DNA of 64,000 nucleotides from Eledone cirrhosa (lineage: Eukaryota): positions 272,180,001 to 272,244,000 of the forward strand of contig OZ024742.1 in NCBI GenBank assembly GCA_964016885.1, written 5' to 3'. Positions 40,901 to 58,770 of this stretch are shown one piece after another. The notes under the pieces are model-generated. The model saw only the letters and a program-made list of their open reading frames with translations, ran no database searches and was not told the DNA's origin. Positions within the stretch are counted from its first letter, which is position 1, and each line of letters opens with the position of its first letter. The position numbers and the translations under genes are program-made.

Positions 40901-41147
40901 GTAGTTCTTTATAAATGAATTGTTTATACTTGCTCGCGTCCCTCTTGTACAGGTTCTTGGTTTTATCAGAAGTGACGAAGAGGTGTGGGTAATTCTTGAT
41001 ATTGGTGATGAGTATATCCAGGGACGTTAAGAATGGATTGCTGCATCGGTGTTTCTTTTTGAACTTAATGTTTCTTATCATTTTCAGCAGGTCCTCCTCA
41101 AAGGAGTGTAGTACGGTGTTGTGCGGTGGGTTTCGGAATGATCTTAT
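37950..41147 (-). mobile_element. Naiad-like PLE family F, degraded, nested in the Helitron (TA)n
   Basis: FVTSDKTKNLY, LRDHKFNF..IRLICPSRSDIGKISK, FIQFDIDSYYASIS, GVYRSDAL, YKPYHKP, NFPPNHRYRKILNRNSITISFSTTPN, CNCSERGRCPIRGYCL, CDLCLME; HHR at 38166-38205 (-). Confidence 0.9.
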
Positions 41148-41743
41148 ATATTTATATATATATATATATATATATTGAAATGACAGATCAAAGTTTAAGC
41201 AGAGAATCGGTGATTTCACCCTTAACGTTATCTTCTGAAACTAAAATGAAAAAAATCAATCTGTGAACGCAGAAGTATATATTTCGAAAAACGTTACACA
41301 CTATATATATATATATATATATACACACTATATATACATATACACACACACACACACATACAGCTATGTCGTAATGCAAAGAGCAGGACATACAGACAGA
41401 TAGTATAAGGGCGCAAAGTTATGTATATGTATCTATCTAAAACGAGAAATACTAAGAGAGAGAGATGGCTAAAACGCCTAATACTGCCCCTCGGGCATTG
41501 AATATTGTTGCTCAATAGACTCACAGGACCATAAGTATTACATGTGTAAAGTTTGAAAAGAATCGGTTGGGTGCTTTTCGAGATTTAGTGATCGGACAGA
41601 CAGACAGACATATATTCTCTGTTTTAGATATATAGACTAACAGAATGGCCCCGCGTTGCTGGGGATTTGCTCTAGGGTTCTTATATATTTGAAATATATT
41701 TATCCTTATCAAGCCTCGTGAAATAAATACGTTTGTTCGTATT

Positions 41744-41783
41744 TTGTGATTCTGTATGCAAAAATTTCTGTACACGAGTAAAT

Positions 41784-41843
<60 letters not shown>

Positions 41844-41879
41844 ATATACTCGTGTACAGAAATTTTTGCATACAGAATC

Positions 41880-41883
<4 letters not shown>
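41744..41883. repeat. Near-perfect inverted duplication centred on a (TA)n tract
   Basis: ttgtgattctgtatgcaaaaatttctgtacacgagtaaataattgaa-(TA)n-ttcaattatatactcgtgtacagaaatttttgcatacagaatcacaa. Confidence 0.95.
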
Positions 41884-41969
<86 letters not shown>

Positions 41970-42190
41970 TATGTATATATATATATATGTATATATATAT
42001 ATGTATATATATATACATATATTCAACAGTACAGAGAAGTACGGAATACCTCGCCTCGGGATGGTGTCTACATTGTGTGCTCATAAAAAAATTCGTTGTA
42101 GATTACCAGAGATTTTTTTCGTGCGAGGAAAATCAATACTTTATCGCGAAATATATACTTCTGTTTATATTTTGTTTGCCAATCCACCTC

Positions 42191-42380
42191 GGCGGTGGAT
42201 TGGCAGTATCGGTAGAGGGTCGGACGCCATGCTTTCCAGCATAGTAACGTCCCTTTACGATCTGAGTTCAAATCCCGCTGAGGTTGACTTTGCCTTTCAT
42301 CCTTACGGGGTCGATAAAATAAAGTACCAGTAATGCACTGGGTAATTGCTGGCCTTGTGCCAAAAGTAGAAACAGTTATT
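42191..42380 (+). mobile_element. tRNA-derived SINE (same family as 18283 and 27935)
   Basis: ggcggtggattggcagtatcggtagag..gagttcaaatcccgctgaggttgactttgcctttcatccttacggggtcgataaaataaagtaccag. Confidence 0.9.
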
Positions 42381-42489
42381 GTGTATGCAACATGATATAT
42401 ATTTATCCTTATCGAGCCTCGTGAAATAAATAAGATCGTTCATATTTTATTATTGTGTATGCAAAACTATCTGTACACGAATATATAAT

Positions 42490-42520
<31 letters not shown>

Positions 42521-43389
42521 TTTTTAGCCTAGGAAAATATATATATGCCTATGTATATAATTACTTGCATACATTTATTTTTTTAAATTAATTGAGTTCT
42601 TTACACGAGTTCTTTACAAATTGATATTAGTTTTGAAATAACTAATTAACCAGCGTGTGATTTATATTTTACTCTTAATTCGGCCGGAGATTTACATTCC
42701 CATTTGCCCTTAAAGCATAACTTTCCGTATTTACTACGGTTACGAGATGCGGTTTCTTATTCAGGTACAACCTCTGATTTTAGCCTAAGAAAATATCTAT
42801 ATGCGTGTGTAATTTATACACGCATATATTTATTTTTTTTTATTTCAATTGATTTCTTAACACGTAGGATTGATAATGTTTTCGAAAAAACTGATTAACC
42901 CGCGTGTATATTATTGTTTTTTTTCCTCCTTTCGTGGATCGTAGTTGTCTCCCCTTCCCGCTTAGTGACGCTATGATACTTCCTGAGTCAAAAACTGCTG
43001 GAATTTCAAATTTGCCGGTCATTCGATGCGGGAAGGAGCAACTTAACAGACACGATTTTTAACTCTGGTAAGAAATGGTTTTCTTATAACAAAGTTTAAT
43101 GGGCTTCCACTTAAATATATTCTTACATGAATGTATATTAGGCTTCTACATATACTGGAAAAATTCACCGAATTTGTAGAAAACTTATAATGAAACAATT
43201 GTTTGGAAAGAGAGATATATTTTAACTTTAATTATATTTCGTAAAATAATACAACTGGCTTTTCCACATAATTCTTATTGTTAGCACCCCAAACACTTAA
43301 ATCGGGTTTATATTAAAATATAACCTAATGTTTGTTGAGTGAGATGGTTACCAGTCAGAGATTAGCTTTAAACTATCTCTGTTATTGTA

Positions 43390-43537
<148 letters not shown>

Positions 43538-44216
43538 ACAGTACAGAGAAGTACGAAATACTTCGGCTTCGGGAGGATGTCTGTATGTTGTGCTTATGAA
43601 AAAAATCCGTCGTACACTACCAGGGTTTTTGTCCGTTTAAGTTTAAGCAATGAATCGCTGTTTTCACACATAACGGGATCTTCTGAAACTAAAATAATTA
43701 ATCTGTGAACGCAGAAGTAAATATTTCGAAAAACGTTACACACTCTATATATATACACACACTAAATATACATATACACACACACACCACGTCATATTGT
43801 CGTAATACAGACGCTCAGGCATACAGACATATATTGTAAGGGAGCAACGTAATATATATGTATGTATCTAAAAAGAGAAAGACTAAGAATTATAAATAGA
43901 GATCGCTAAATCGCCTTATGCGGTACCTTAGGCATTGAAAATTTGAATATTCGTTTTGCTCAAAACATTCACGCGACCATAAGTATTACATGTGTAACGT
44001 TTGAAAAAACCCGGTTAGGTGGTTCTAGAGTTTTAGTGATTGGACAGACAGACAAACAAGCATTCTCTGTTTTAGTAATATAAATGATTAAACGATATAT
44101 ATAACCTCAGCATCTTATTTTGTTATTTTTATAAAATTCTCCATCGTAACTAAAAACAACGATTGTTGAGAGCTTTCCTCTTCTTACACCTGTTTTTACC
44201 AAAACAATCTTTTCCG

Positions 44217-44390
<174 letters not shown>

Positions 44391-45353
44391 TCCTGTATTA
44401 CAACCCACGTTATACCCTAACGGATAGCACGATCTATACGTGGATATTTTACGTCTTGATGTGGGAGCTAAGTATATGTTTTGTTTATTCCTTTACTTAT
44501 CTGCATAGGTAAGTATATATTACCCGTATGTTTTGTGAAGGTATGTTTACCTTCTCGTACGTATTTGACTGTTATAGCGTATAATTTTTACATATTCTGG
44601 TATTTAGGGTTTGGCTATGTGTATACGGGAGTTTTGCGTCCGCGTGAGTGTGCAGGTTCGTACGTATGGTGGGTGTGTGTATATGTGTACTTCTTGTTTT
44701 AGTTGACTTACGTCTCTGAACATTCGTGTATTTATATGTAGGTATGCGTGTGCGCTTGTTATATACGTATTTATTTACTTATATACGTTTATATAATTAT
44801 TTATTTATTTGTACACAAGCATACACACACACACATATTTATATGTGCGTGGTTTTGTATACTCATGGTAAGGTTTTGCGTATGCTTGTGTATGTACGTA
44901 TCTGTGTGCGTGTATGTATTTATTTGTTTCTATTACTTCTGTATTGTATTTATTTACTTTGTTCTTAACTCTGTAGCGGAGATTCATCTGGTCTCCTAGT
45001 TAGAATTTTAGTCTACGATTTCTGCTATACCATTTACGTGGTTTTGTCTTTGCGTGCTATTGTTCTCCACGCTCCACATATGACTTATTATCTTCGTTTT
45101 TTCGTTCATTGCCAGAGAACGTCTCTTTGCACCACCTAAGAGAACATTAGTCTACGACCTCTTTTATACCATAAACGTGGTTTTGTCTTTGCGCGTAATT
45201 GTTTTTCACCGCTCCTATTAATGACGTATTATTCGTTTTTTCCCGTTCTTTGCCAGCGAACGTTACCACGAACCAAAGTATCGTCTTCCTGTCTTCCTCC
45301 GGTTGCAACGTTTTTTGAAATATCCAGTTCTGCGTTTACAGATTGACTTTGTT

Positions 45354-45404
45354 AGTTTCAGAAGATCCCGTTTAGGGTGAAAGCAGCGATTCTTTGCTTA
45401 AACT
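45354..45404 (+). ncRNA. Hammerhead-like fold with CAGAAGA core
   Basis: agttt-CAGAAGA-tccc-gttta-gggt-GAAA-gca-gcgattctt-tgc-TT-aaact; same core in copies at 41192-41242 (-) and 43640-43690 (-); 3' halves at 25677 and 61028. Confidence 0.7.
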
Positions 45405-46395
45405 TTAATCTGTTATTTTAATAAATATATATATATATATATATGTGTGTGTTTGCGTGTATGTGTGTGTGTGACCTTTTATATATATAATTATATATAT
45501 TTATATATAAAATACAATATGTTGAAAAGGTAACACACCAGAGAGAGGTAGAGTGCGCTATTAATAAAACAGGGAAAAACCACCAGTGTATGGAATCTAT
45601 AACGTATGAAAGGCAGAGTATACACACGATAAATAAAAATATAAAAATTAAAGCGTATATAAATATCTCTATAGCTATATAACACACATACAAATCGAAA
45701 GATATCTGTTTCGCCAGTGAGTTGTTGACAGAAATGAAATAACCCCGCTTAATCAGCGTGTGTAAGGCTATACATTTCAGACAACACTAAGGGACTTCTT
45801 AAAGCGACCGTCCAGCTACACGTGTGAGAGAGAAGTCACAGCGTGTTTAAGGGCAGTGAACCAGTGGCCTCTGAGGGACGAGCTGCTAGAAAGGGCAGCC
45901 CAAAACCACTCAAAGAAGTGTGGTCAACCAAACAGAGAGAGAGAGAGAGAGGAAAGACTGTTATAAGTAGCGAAATATCACCATACATTAACGGAGCCAT
46001 AGACTCTCGTCATTCCCTGTATATAATGTGCTCAAAAGAGAGGGGGTCCTGAGCTTATATATATATATATGTAAATTTGTTTTGAAAGGTTTTTGATATG
46101 AAATCGTGTGTCGAAACAAAATTTGTTATACTTGGGGAGGGTCATATTATTGTAATAATATTGCCAGAAATAATAACAGAAGACACTCACTGTTTGGTTG
46201 GTTTTCGCTTCCATATCTTTTATAACTTCATAGTTAATTTATTTCGCAATCAATGTTTATCATTGATTGACCAACGGTTAAAAATACAGATATAAATAAA
46301 TATGTATATATAGTATTTCCATTGTATATACAATGGGAGGAAACATAATAGTACGACTGATGATGTTGCAGATGTGCAATGAAAGAACTTTGATA

Positions 46396-46449
<54 letters not shown>

Positions 46450-46451
46450 GT

Positions 46452-49400
46452 TTTTATATGTAAAATAAAGCCAAAACAATGCAGGTATGGACATAGAATA
46501 AAGAATGCAAATGCAAAAGGTATTGTTGACAATTAGTCATTTACCTTAGATCTATTTAAATGTCCTTAATTTTCGAGATAATATCTCTTCTTCGGAGGGA
46601 AGTAAAGCGGTTAAACCAGTGTTCTAAATAGCTTGCCAAGTCATGCTGACAGGAAATGGTATAGAGTATCTGTTCTATCTCTAATGTCAAAGAGTTAAGG
46701 TTAGGTGGATAAAGAGTAGTCTCCCTTTAAACATTTTTTCTTTTTTTGTACATGCATGTTTAAGTGTGTGGGAGAATGCATGAAGGTGTAATTTTGTGAG
46801 TGTGTGTGTGTGAGTGTGAGAAGATATGCCTATACGTAAATGTGGGGCATAGATGCTATCTTGTGTTAGAACTGGTCTTTGTGTGTGTATGTGTGTGTGT
46901 GTGAGAGAGAATAAGTGGAGGTGTAAGCGTGTGTGTGTGCTTGTGCGTGCGTGTGTGTGAGTGGGGTGTGTGTAAATATGGGGATAGAAGCTCTATCAAG
47001 TTATGAATTAGGTGTTGAGTTCTAGTCTATTATTGATTGGTGGTTGTGTTTTGTCTATAATTATTGCATCCGTAATACTAACTTTGCCGAGTTTTCTTTC
47101 CTTAGTTTCTATCCTAACTGTTATGGTTTTGTCGGTGTTTTTGCATTTCACTAGGTGTTTCTTAAATGAGGAAGCGTTAGTATTGAGGTATTCTTTTATT
47201 TTATATGGAGTGGTCTGGTGGTGCTACCTACGTAGAAGTTGCTGCATTTGTCACCCTCTAGTCTGTATACGACGTAAGCCTTGTGGCATAGGTATGTGTC
47301 ATTGATGGGGCAGTTGGCTAGCCTGCAGCAGTTGTCATGTCTGGTGGAGTGTCTTTTGGTTAGCTGTCCGCGTAGAGAAGGACCTGTGTGTGCCAGTTGG
47401 ATATCTAGTCCCTCTCGTCTGATAGCTCTGCGGTGGCTGTTGTTGTTTCGTCACTGAAGTGTGGGAGCTTCAGGAAGCAAGTGTTAGTGCCTCGGGTGTG
47501 GTGTCCTCTGTTCTTTCTGGCACGGTTTGTGGTGGATGTCGTGTATCCGTTCAGTTTCAGTACTTCCAGGAAATGTGTGGTGTGTGTCTCTCGGTCTCTA
47601 GCGTCGGTGCATTTGTTCAGGATACGTGTTACTTCATTCCTTATGTATCCGAACTTAGCGCCAGCTGGGAGGGCCGATCTGAAATATACGAACAGGTCCC
47701 TGCTGGCGGCTTTTTTATAGAAGCAGTTGTGGATGTTGCCTTCCTCTGTTACCCTGAGTTGGAAGTCCAGTAGGGATATGGATCCGCGGTCATCTGGGTG
47801 TTCTATGCTGAAATATATATTGGCGTCCATGCTTGAGAATGTTGTGTATATTTTATCTGCCTCCTCACGGGATGATGTAAGGATGAGTATGTCATCTACA
47901 TATCGGGTGAAGAAGGTATGGGAATGGCAGGTGTTGAGGGCTCGGCATTCTAGCTGGTTCATAGAGGTGATGGCCGGCAGGCCCGATAGGTTGGATCCCA
48001 TGGGTAATCCTGTTGTCTGTCTGTATGTGTGGTGGTGGAAGGTGAAGTACGTGTTGTCTACTATGAAGGACAAAAGCTGGTGTATGTCCGTGGGATGGAG
48101 GCCGTAGCAGTGGATGTCCTCTGCGATCACGCAGTCCCTCAATAAATCGACAGCTGGATGAGCGGGGACTGTAGTGTAGAGGGAGACAACGTCAAGGCTA
48201 AAGGCGTATCTATTTAGTTTAAGTTGTTCTTGATGGAATTGCTGTAGTCTACTTATAACTTCGTCGGAGCTACTGACATGCTCGAGAAAGGTGGTGAGTA
48301 GAGACTTGAGGACCTGGGAGAGGAGCCAGGAAATGTTGTATAGGGGTCCTTCTATGCTAGAGACAATGGGTCTTATTTGCGTCTTAGTACTATTCTTGTG
48401 GATCTTGATGATGTGGTAGAAAGTGGGCAGTCTGCTATTTCTAGTGGTGTAGTTGAGCTTAACTTTATTTGGGAGTTGTCTTCTCCTACAGATATCGAAC
48501 CAGATAGAGTTGGTCTGTTTTTCGATCTGGGCTGCAGTCATGTCCGGGTTCTCTGTTTATAATTCATTGTCGCTTAGGTGTTCAAAGGCTAGGTTGTTGT
48601 AAGTGGCTTGAGAGATGACGCCAAACTCTTTACCTTTGTCGGATGGTAAGTATATAAGTTCCCTATTCCGTAGGTTCTTCAGGGCGAGTTGTTGTGTCCT
48701 GGAGAGGTTTGGGGCTATCTTCTTCTGTTTCCGTAACTTGTTAAATACGGAATGTTTTAGCCTCGAGAGTTTTTCTTCAATCTCGCGGTTGGCAGGCGGT
48801 TGACAGAGTGGGCGATCCAGTTGGTATATCGGGAATCTGGGTTTGTTAGATTCCGTGGTGTTGTTGCCGAGAGTCGATATCCATTTTAATTGGTAGGCAG
48901 CCCGACAGAAATTCGTTTCTATGTCGAGCCATAATTTGTCGTCCAGTCTCCGTTTCAATATGAACTTGGGACCCAGGCTGAGGAGGTCTAATTCCTCTCG
49001 GAAGAGGGATCCTGTCAAGTCTGTGACGAGGTATTTGGCATCAGGTGTGTTGTTGGCGGGGCGCCGCTATGTTCGTTGTTGGTACGTCTTGTTCACCTCT
49101 GTTGGTTCTTAGAGTTGGGATGTTGTTAAGACGGTTAGCCGTGCTGAGTTTGAGAAATGTTGACGTTAGGGGTATTGGAACACTCCGATGTCTGCGGATC
49201 CCTATCCCTACTGGACCTCCAACTCAGGGTAACAGAGGAAGGCAACATCCACACCTGCTTCTATAAAAAAGCCGCCAGTAGGGACCTGTTCGTACATTTC
49301 AGATCGGCCCTCCCAGCCGGCGCTAAGTCCGGATACATAAGGAACGAAGTAACACGTATCTGGAACAAATGCACCGACGCTAGAGACCGAGACACACACA

Positions 49401-50520
49401 CCACACATTTCCTGGAAGTACTCAAACAGAACGGATACACGACATCCACCGCAAACCGTGCCAGAAAGAACAGAGGACACCACACCCGAGGCACTAAAAC
49501 TTGCTTTCTGAAGCTCCCACACTTCAGTGAAGAAACAACAACAGCCATCCGTAGAGCTATCAGACGAGAGGGACTAGATATCCAACTGGCACACACAGGT
49601 CCTTCTCTACGCGGACAGCTAACCAAAAGACACTCCACCAGACATGACAACTGCTGCAGGCTAGCCAACTGCCCCATCAACGACACATACCTATGCCACC
49701 AGGCTTACGTCGTATACAGACTAGAGGGTGACAAATGCAGCAACTTCTACGTAGGTAGCAATACCAGACCACTCCACATAAGAATAAAAGAACACCTCAA
49801 TACTAACGCTTCCTCATCTAAGAAACACCTAATTAAATGAAAAAACACCGACAAAACCATAACAGTTAGGATAGAAACTAAGGAGAGAAACCTCGGCAAC
49901 CTTAGTATTACGGAAGCAATAATTATAGACAAAACAGAACCACCAATCAATGATAGACTAGAACTCAACACCCAATTTATAACTTGATAGAGCTTTTAGC
50001 CCCATATTTACACACACCCCACACGCGCACACGCACACACACACGCCTATATCTCCACTTATTCTATCTCGCACACATAAACACACAAAAACCAGTTCTA
50101 ACACGAGATAACATCTATCCCCTACATTTACGTATAGACATATCTTCTCATACTCACACACTCACACTCACATACTACACCTTCATGCATTCTCTCACAC
50201 ACTTAAACATGCATGTACAACACAAGAAAAACCTTTTAAAGGGAGACTACTCTTTATCCACCTAACCTTAACTCTTTCACATTAGAGATAGAACAAATAC
50301 TCTATACCATTTCCTGTCAGTATGACTTGGCAAGCTATTTAGAACACTGGTTTAACCGCTTTACTTCCCTCCGAAGAAGAGATATTATCTCGAAAATTAA
50401 GGACATTTAAATAAATCTAAGCTAAAAGACTAATTGTCAACAATATCTTTTGCATTTGCATTCTTTATTCTATGTCCATACCTGCATTGTTTTGGCTTTA
50501 TTATACATATACAAACGTTT
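46452..50520 (-). mobile_element. PLE family D (Penelope/Poseidon-like) with ~1.3-kb inverted repeat
   Basis: ORF pieces 48557-49018 (LSLGPKF, YLPSDKG) and 47405-48541 (IRPIVS, SLDVVSLYT, GLPMGS, RYVDD); 49193-50520 (+) is the inverted copy of 46452-47788 incl. VVYRL..FYVGS.TRPLHIRIKEH. Confidence 0.93.
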
Positions 50521-50593
50521 ATACCTCATTACACAATGCTTCAAGAGAACTATAACCTCCTCCCATATATATATATATTATATATATATATAT

Positions 50594-50705
<112 letters not shown>

Positions 50706-50858
50706 TTTTAACCGTTGGTCAATTATTTTTAAACGTTGTTTGACAAGTAAATTAACTAAGGAGATTTAAAAGATACAGAAGCGAAAACCAACCAAACAGT
50801 GAGTCTTTTCCGTTATTATTTCTGTCAATATTACAACAATATGACCCTCCCCCAGTAT

Positions 50859-55763
<4,905 letters not shown>

Positions 55764-55847
55764 AATATACTCCAAATACTTGTTGAGTGCTTTTATATCA
55801 GTTATAAATATTTACTAGTTGTAACCCAACAATTTAAATATAATTTT

Positions 55848-55989
<142 letters not shown>

Positions 55990-58019
55990 GTGTGTGTGTG
56001 TGTGTCTGTGTGTAGGATGAGAGTCAAGATCCCGACGCCTGAGCTCAAGCCGTTTCGGCAGCTAGATCCGAACCCACTATACTACCCTAACTATCGAGGA
56101 TTCTAGTGCGTTATGGTCCACCTGGTTTCTTACCAAACTTTCTTTGTTATATATGTACATATATGAAATAATTAAGTCCAATATGGAAAATTTGGCTTCA
56201 TTTATTATAAATTATAGATATACTGCTATATATATTTCGCTGGCAGCCATCATTGCCTGTGAGCTCTTTAGGTAGTCCAAATTCGTGTAGAAAAGAAGGG
56301 TACACATGTTTTTGGAATGTGTTTTACTCCGTCTAGACGCAGTAGAACACACTTCAACAACATGTGTACTTGTCTCTCCCACACCAATTCGGACTGTCTG
56401 AAGAGGTGCCAGCCAATGATGGCTGCCACCCAAATATATGTAGCAGTATATCTATAATTTATAATAAATGAACATTTTACATATTTGAATTAATTATATT
56501 ACATTATTCCGGAGTAAACAAACCAACCTTCGTACTTCGCCGAGTGCTACAATCTCCATACTGGGGTGTCGGTTGAATAATGTTCTGCCTATACATGACT
56601 CTAAACACAAACGGTATACTATATCTTAAAACAAACTATTACTGTGGAACGTAAAATTATTTCAATGAGACATTTCAAAAATCAACTTCATCTCTTCTGC
56701 ATTTAATTATGAAGTCTTTAAAGTAGCACACGAGAGGATTTTGTCTAGAAATTCATGGTTGAAATGTAATATATTTGAATGAAGCAATGCTTCATTATAT
56801 ACTACGTTTCACTTACTTATTTCCAAGAGTTCATTCTACATGTTAATATTTGGTAATTAAACGATGCTAAATATTCGTAACCAAAAATACTATATTTCTC
56901 GTTTTCATGTCCTAATCAGAACCACTCCTTTCTACATACCCCTGTTGTTCGTGATCAAGGAATTTTCAGATTATTACATACCATTTTCTTTATGCCTATC
57001 ATTTTTCTGTCATCTGTATATCCAGTCTGATTTACTTCTTCATCTCATAACCGGCGTATTGTAGCCTGAATCAAATGCAATCATGTTCATATGTGAGTTT
57101 ATGCGATTTTAAAATCATGTGCAAAGAGCTATATTCAAATAAATAAAACATTCAAAACACTAACTAAAAATGAACTAGATATATATTTATTACCAAGAAA
57201 CCATTATGCTTAATATACTTAATAGAATAAGTATTAAATCGAACTGATACTCAAACTGATAATTATTCACACGGTGTGTTCGTAGAACACATATACAATG
57301 CAAGAATTGCTTTACGTACAGTGATACAATTAATTGCGTCCAACATCCTTAATATTCTCGGAAAATAAGATATAGTGAAAAAAGCGACAATGTTCGCAGA
57401 AAGTTTGTGGACACAGAACAAATTGATTGTATGACATTGCAATATATGTCAAAATCGGAAATTCCCTATACTTCCACAAAAACAAACAGGCCATCTAATT
57501 ATGTGGCCACAAATGATCGTTTATACATTCTGGTTACAGGAGGGGTACATTTCATTTGGTAGGTAAAGGCTCCCATTAGTAATCATTTCCTCTTATTGTT
57601 TAGATCTTATTCATGAGCTTTTGGTATTGGCACCTATGCGTCAAATTATTTCCTTCTATATTTTTATATTTTCCATATATGCATTTCCATTAATTGTACA
57701 TTCGCTCGAGTGCACTGATTGTAACATCGAAATATGTACCTTAAAGTAGAATAGTTTTCACTTTCATAGTCTCTTTAAATTTATTTAGGCAAACTACTAT
57801 ATTTTCTGAATTTTGTAAAACATTTTTATGATAAATGTCACTGACAATAGATTATTTTTATTAGAATAAAACGCAACAAACAGGAGGACCTTATTTAAAC
57901 TCAGCGTACATGGTAGGTGTTTTCTTCATGATTTATGTATGTAAACATTGAGAAGAGAAAGTAAATGATGTAATTCGTGTTTTGTTTCCTTCACGACGCA
58001 GCATGCATACATTAAATAT

Positions 58020-58770
58020 ATACTCCATATAAGAATAAAAGAACACCTCAATACTAACGCTTCCTCATTTAACAAACACCTAGTTAAATGCAAAAACACC
58101 GACAAAATCATAACAGTTAGGATAGAAACTAAGGACAGAAACCTCGGCAATCTTAGAATTAAGGAAGCACTAATTATAGATAAAACACTACCACCAATCA
58201 ATAATAGACTAGAACTCAACACCCAATTTATAACCTGATAGGGCTTCTAGCACCATATTTACACACCCCACACACACACGTTTACACCTCCACTTTTTCT
58301 CTCTCACACATACACACACAAAACCAGTTCTTACACCAGATAACACCTATCCCCCACATTTACGAATAGACTTATCTTCTCACACTCACACACACACACT
58401 CACATACTTACACCTTCATGCATTCTCCCACACACTTAAACAGGCATGTATATAAAAAAAAACCTAAACAAACCCCTTTTAAAGGGAGACTACTCTTTAT
58501 ACACCTAATTTTAACTCTTTGGCATTAGAGATAGAACAGATACTCTATACTATTTCCTGTCAGCATGGCTTAGCAAGATATTTAGAACGCTGGTTTGAGA
58601 CCTTTATTTCCCTCTGAAGAAGAGATATTATCTCGAAAATTAAGGACATTTAAATAAATCTAAGGCAAAGGACGAATTGTCAATAATATCTTTTGCAATT
58701 GCATTCTTTTTTCTATGTCCATACCTGCATTGTTTTGGCTTTATTATACATATTCAAACGTTTATATTAA
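58020..58770 (+). mobile_element. Solo 3' fragment/pLTR of PLE family D
   Basis: Matches ~49772-50520 (HIRIKEHLNTNASS..); HHR cct-CTGAAGA-agaga-tatta-tctc-GAAA-AT-TA-agg at 58611-58645. Confidence 0.9.

Noticed and set aside
46452-50520. Long inverted repeats of elements A, B and D as TIRs of DNA transposons
   Set aside because: The arms are copies of the RT element's own 3' end including coding sequence; this is the standard inverted pLTR of Penelope-like retroelements.
56225-56260. Hammerhead in the 56160-56500 imperfect palindrome, and similar motifs at ~4057, ~12650, ~26520 and ~63390-63430
   Set aside because: Core or stems too degenerate (e.g. CAATGA, CTCATGA, GAAG) to call from a single copy.
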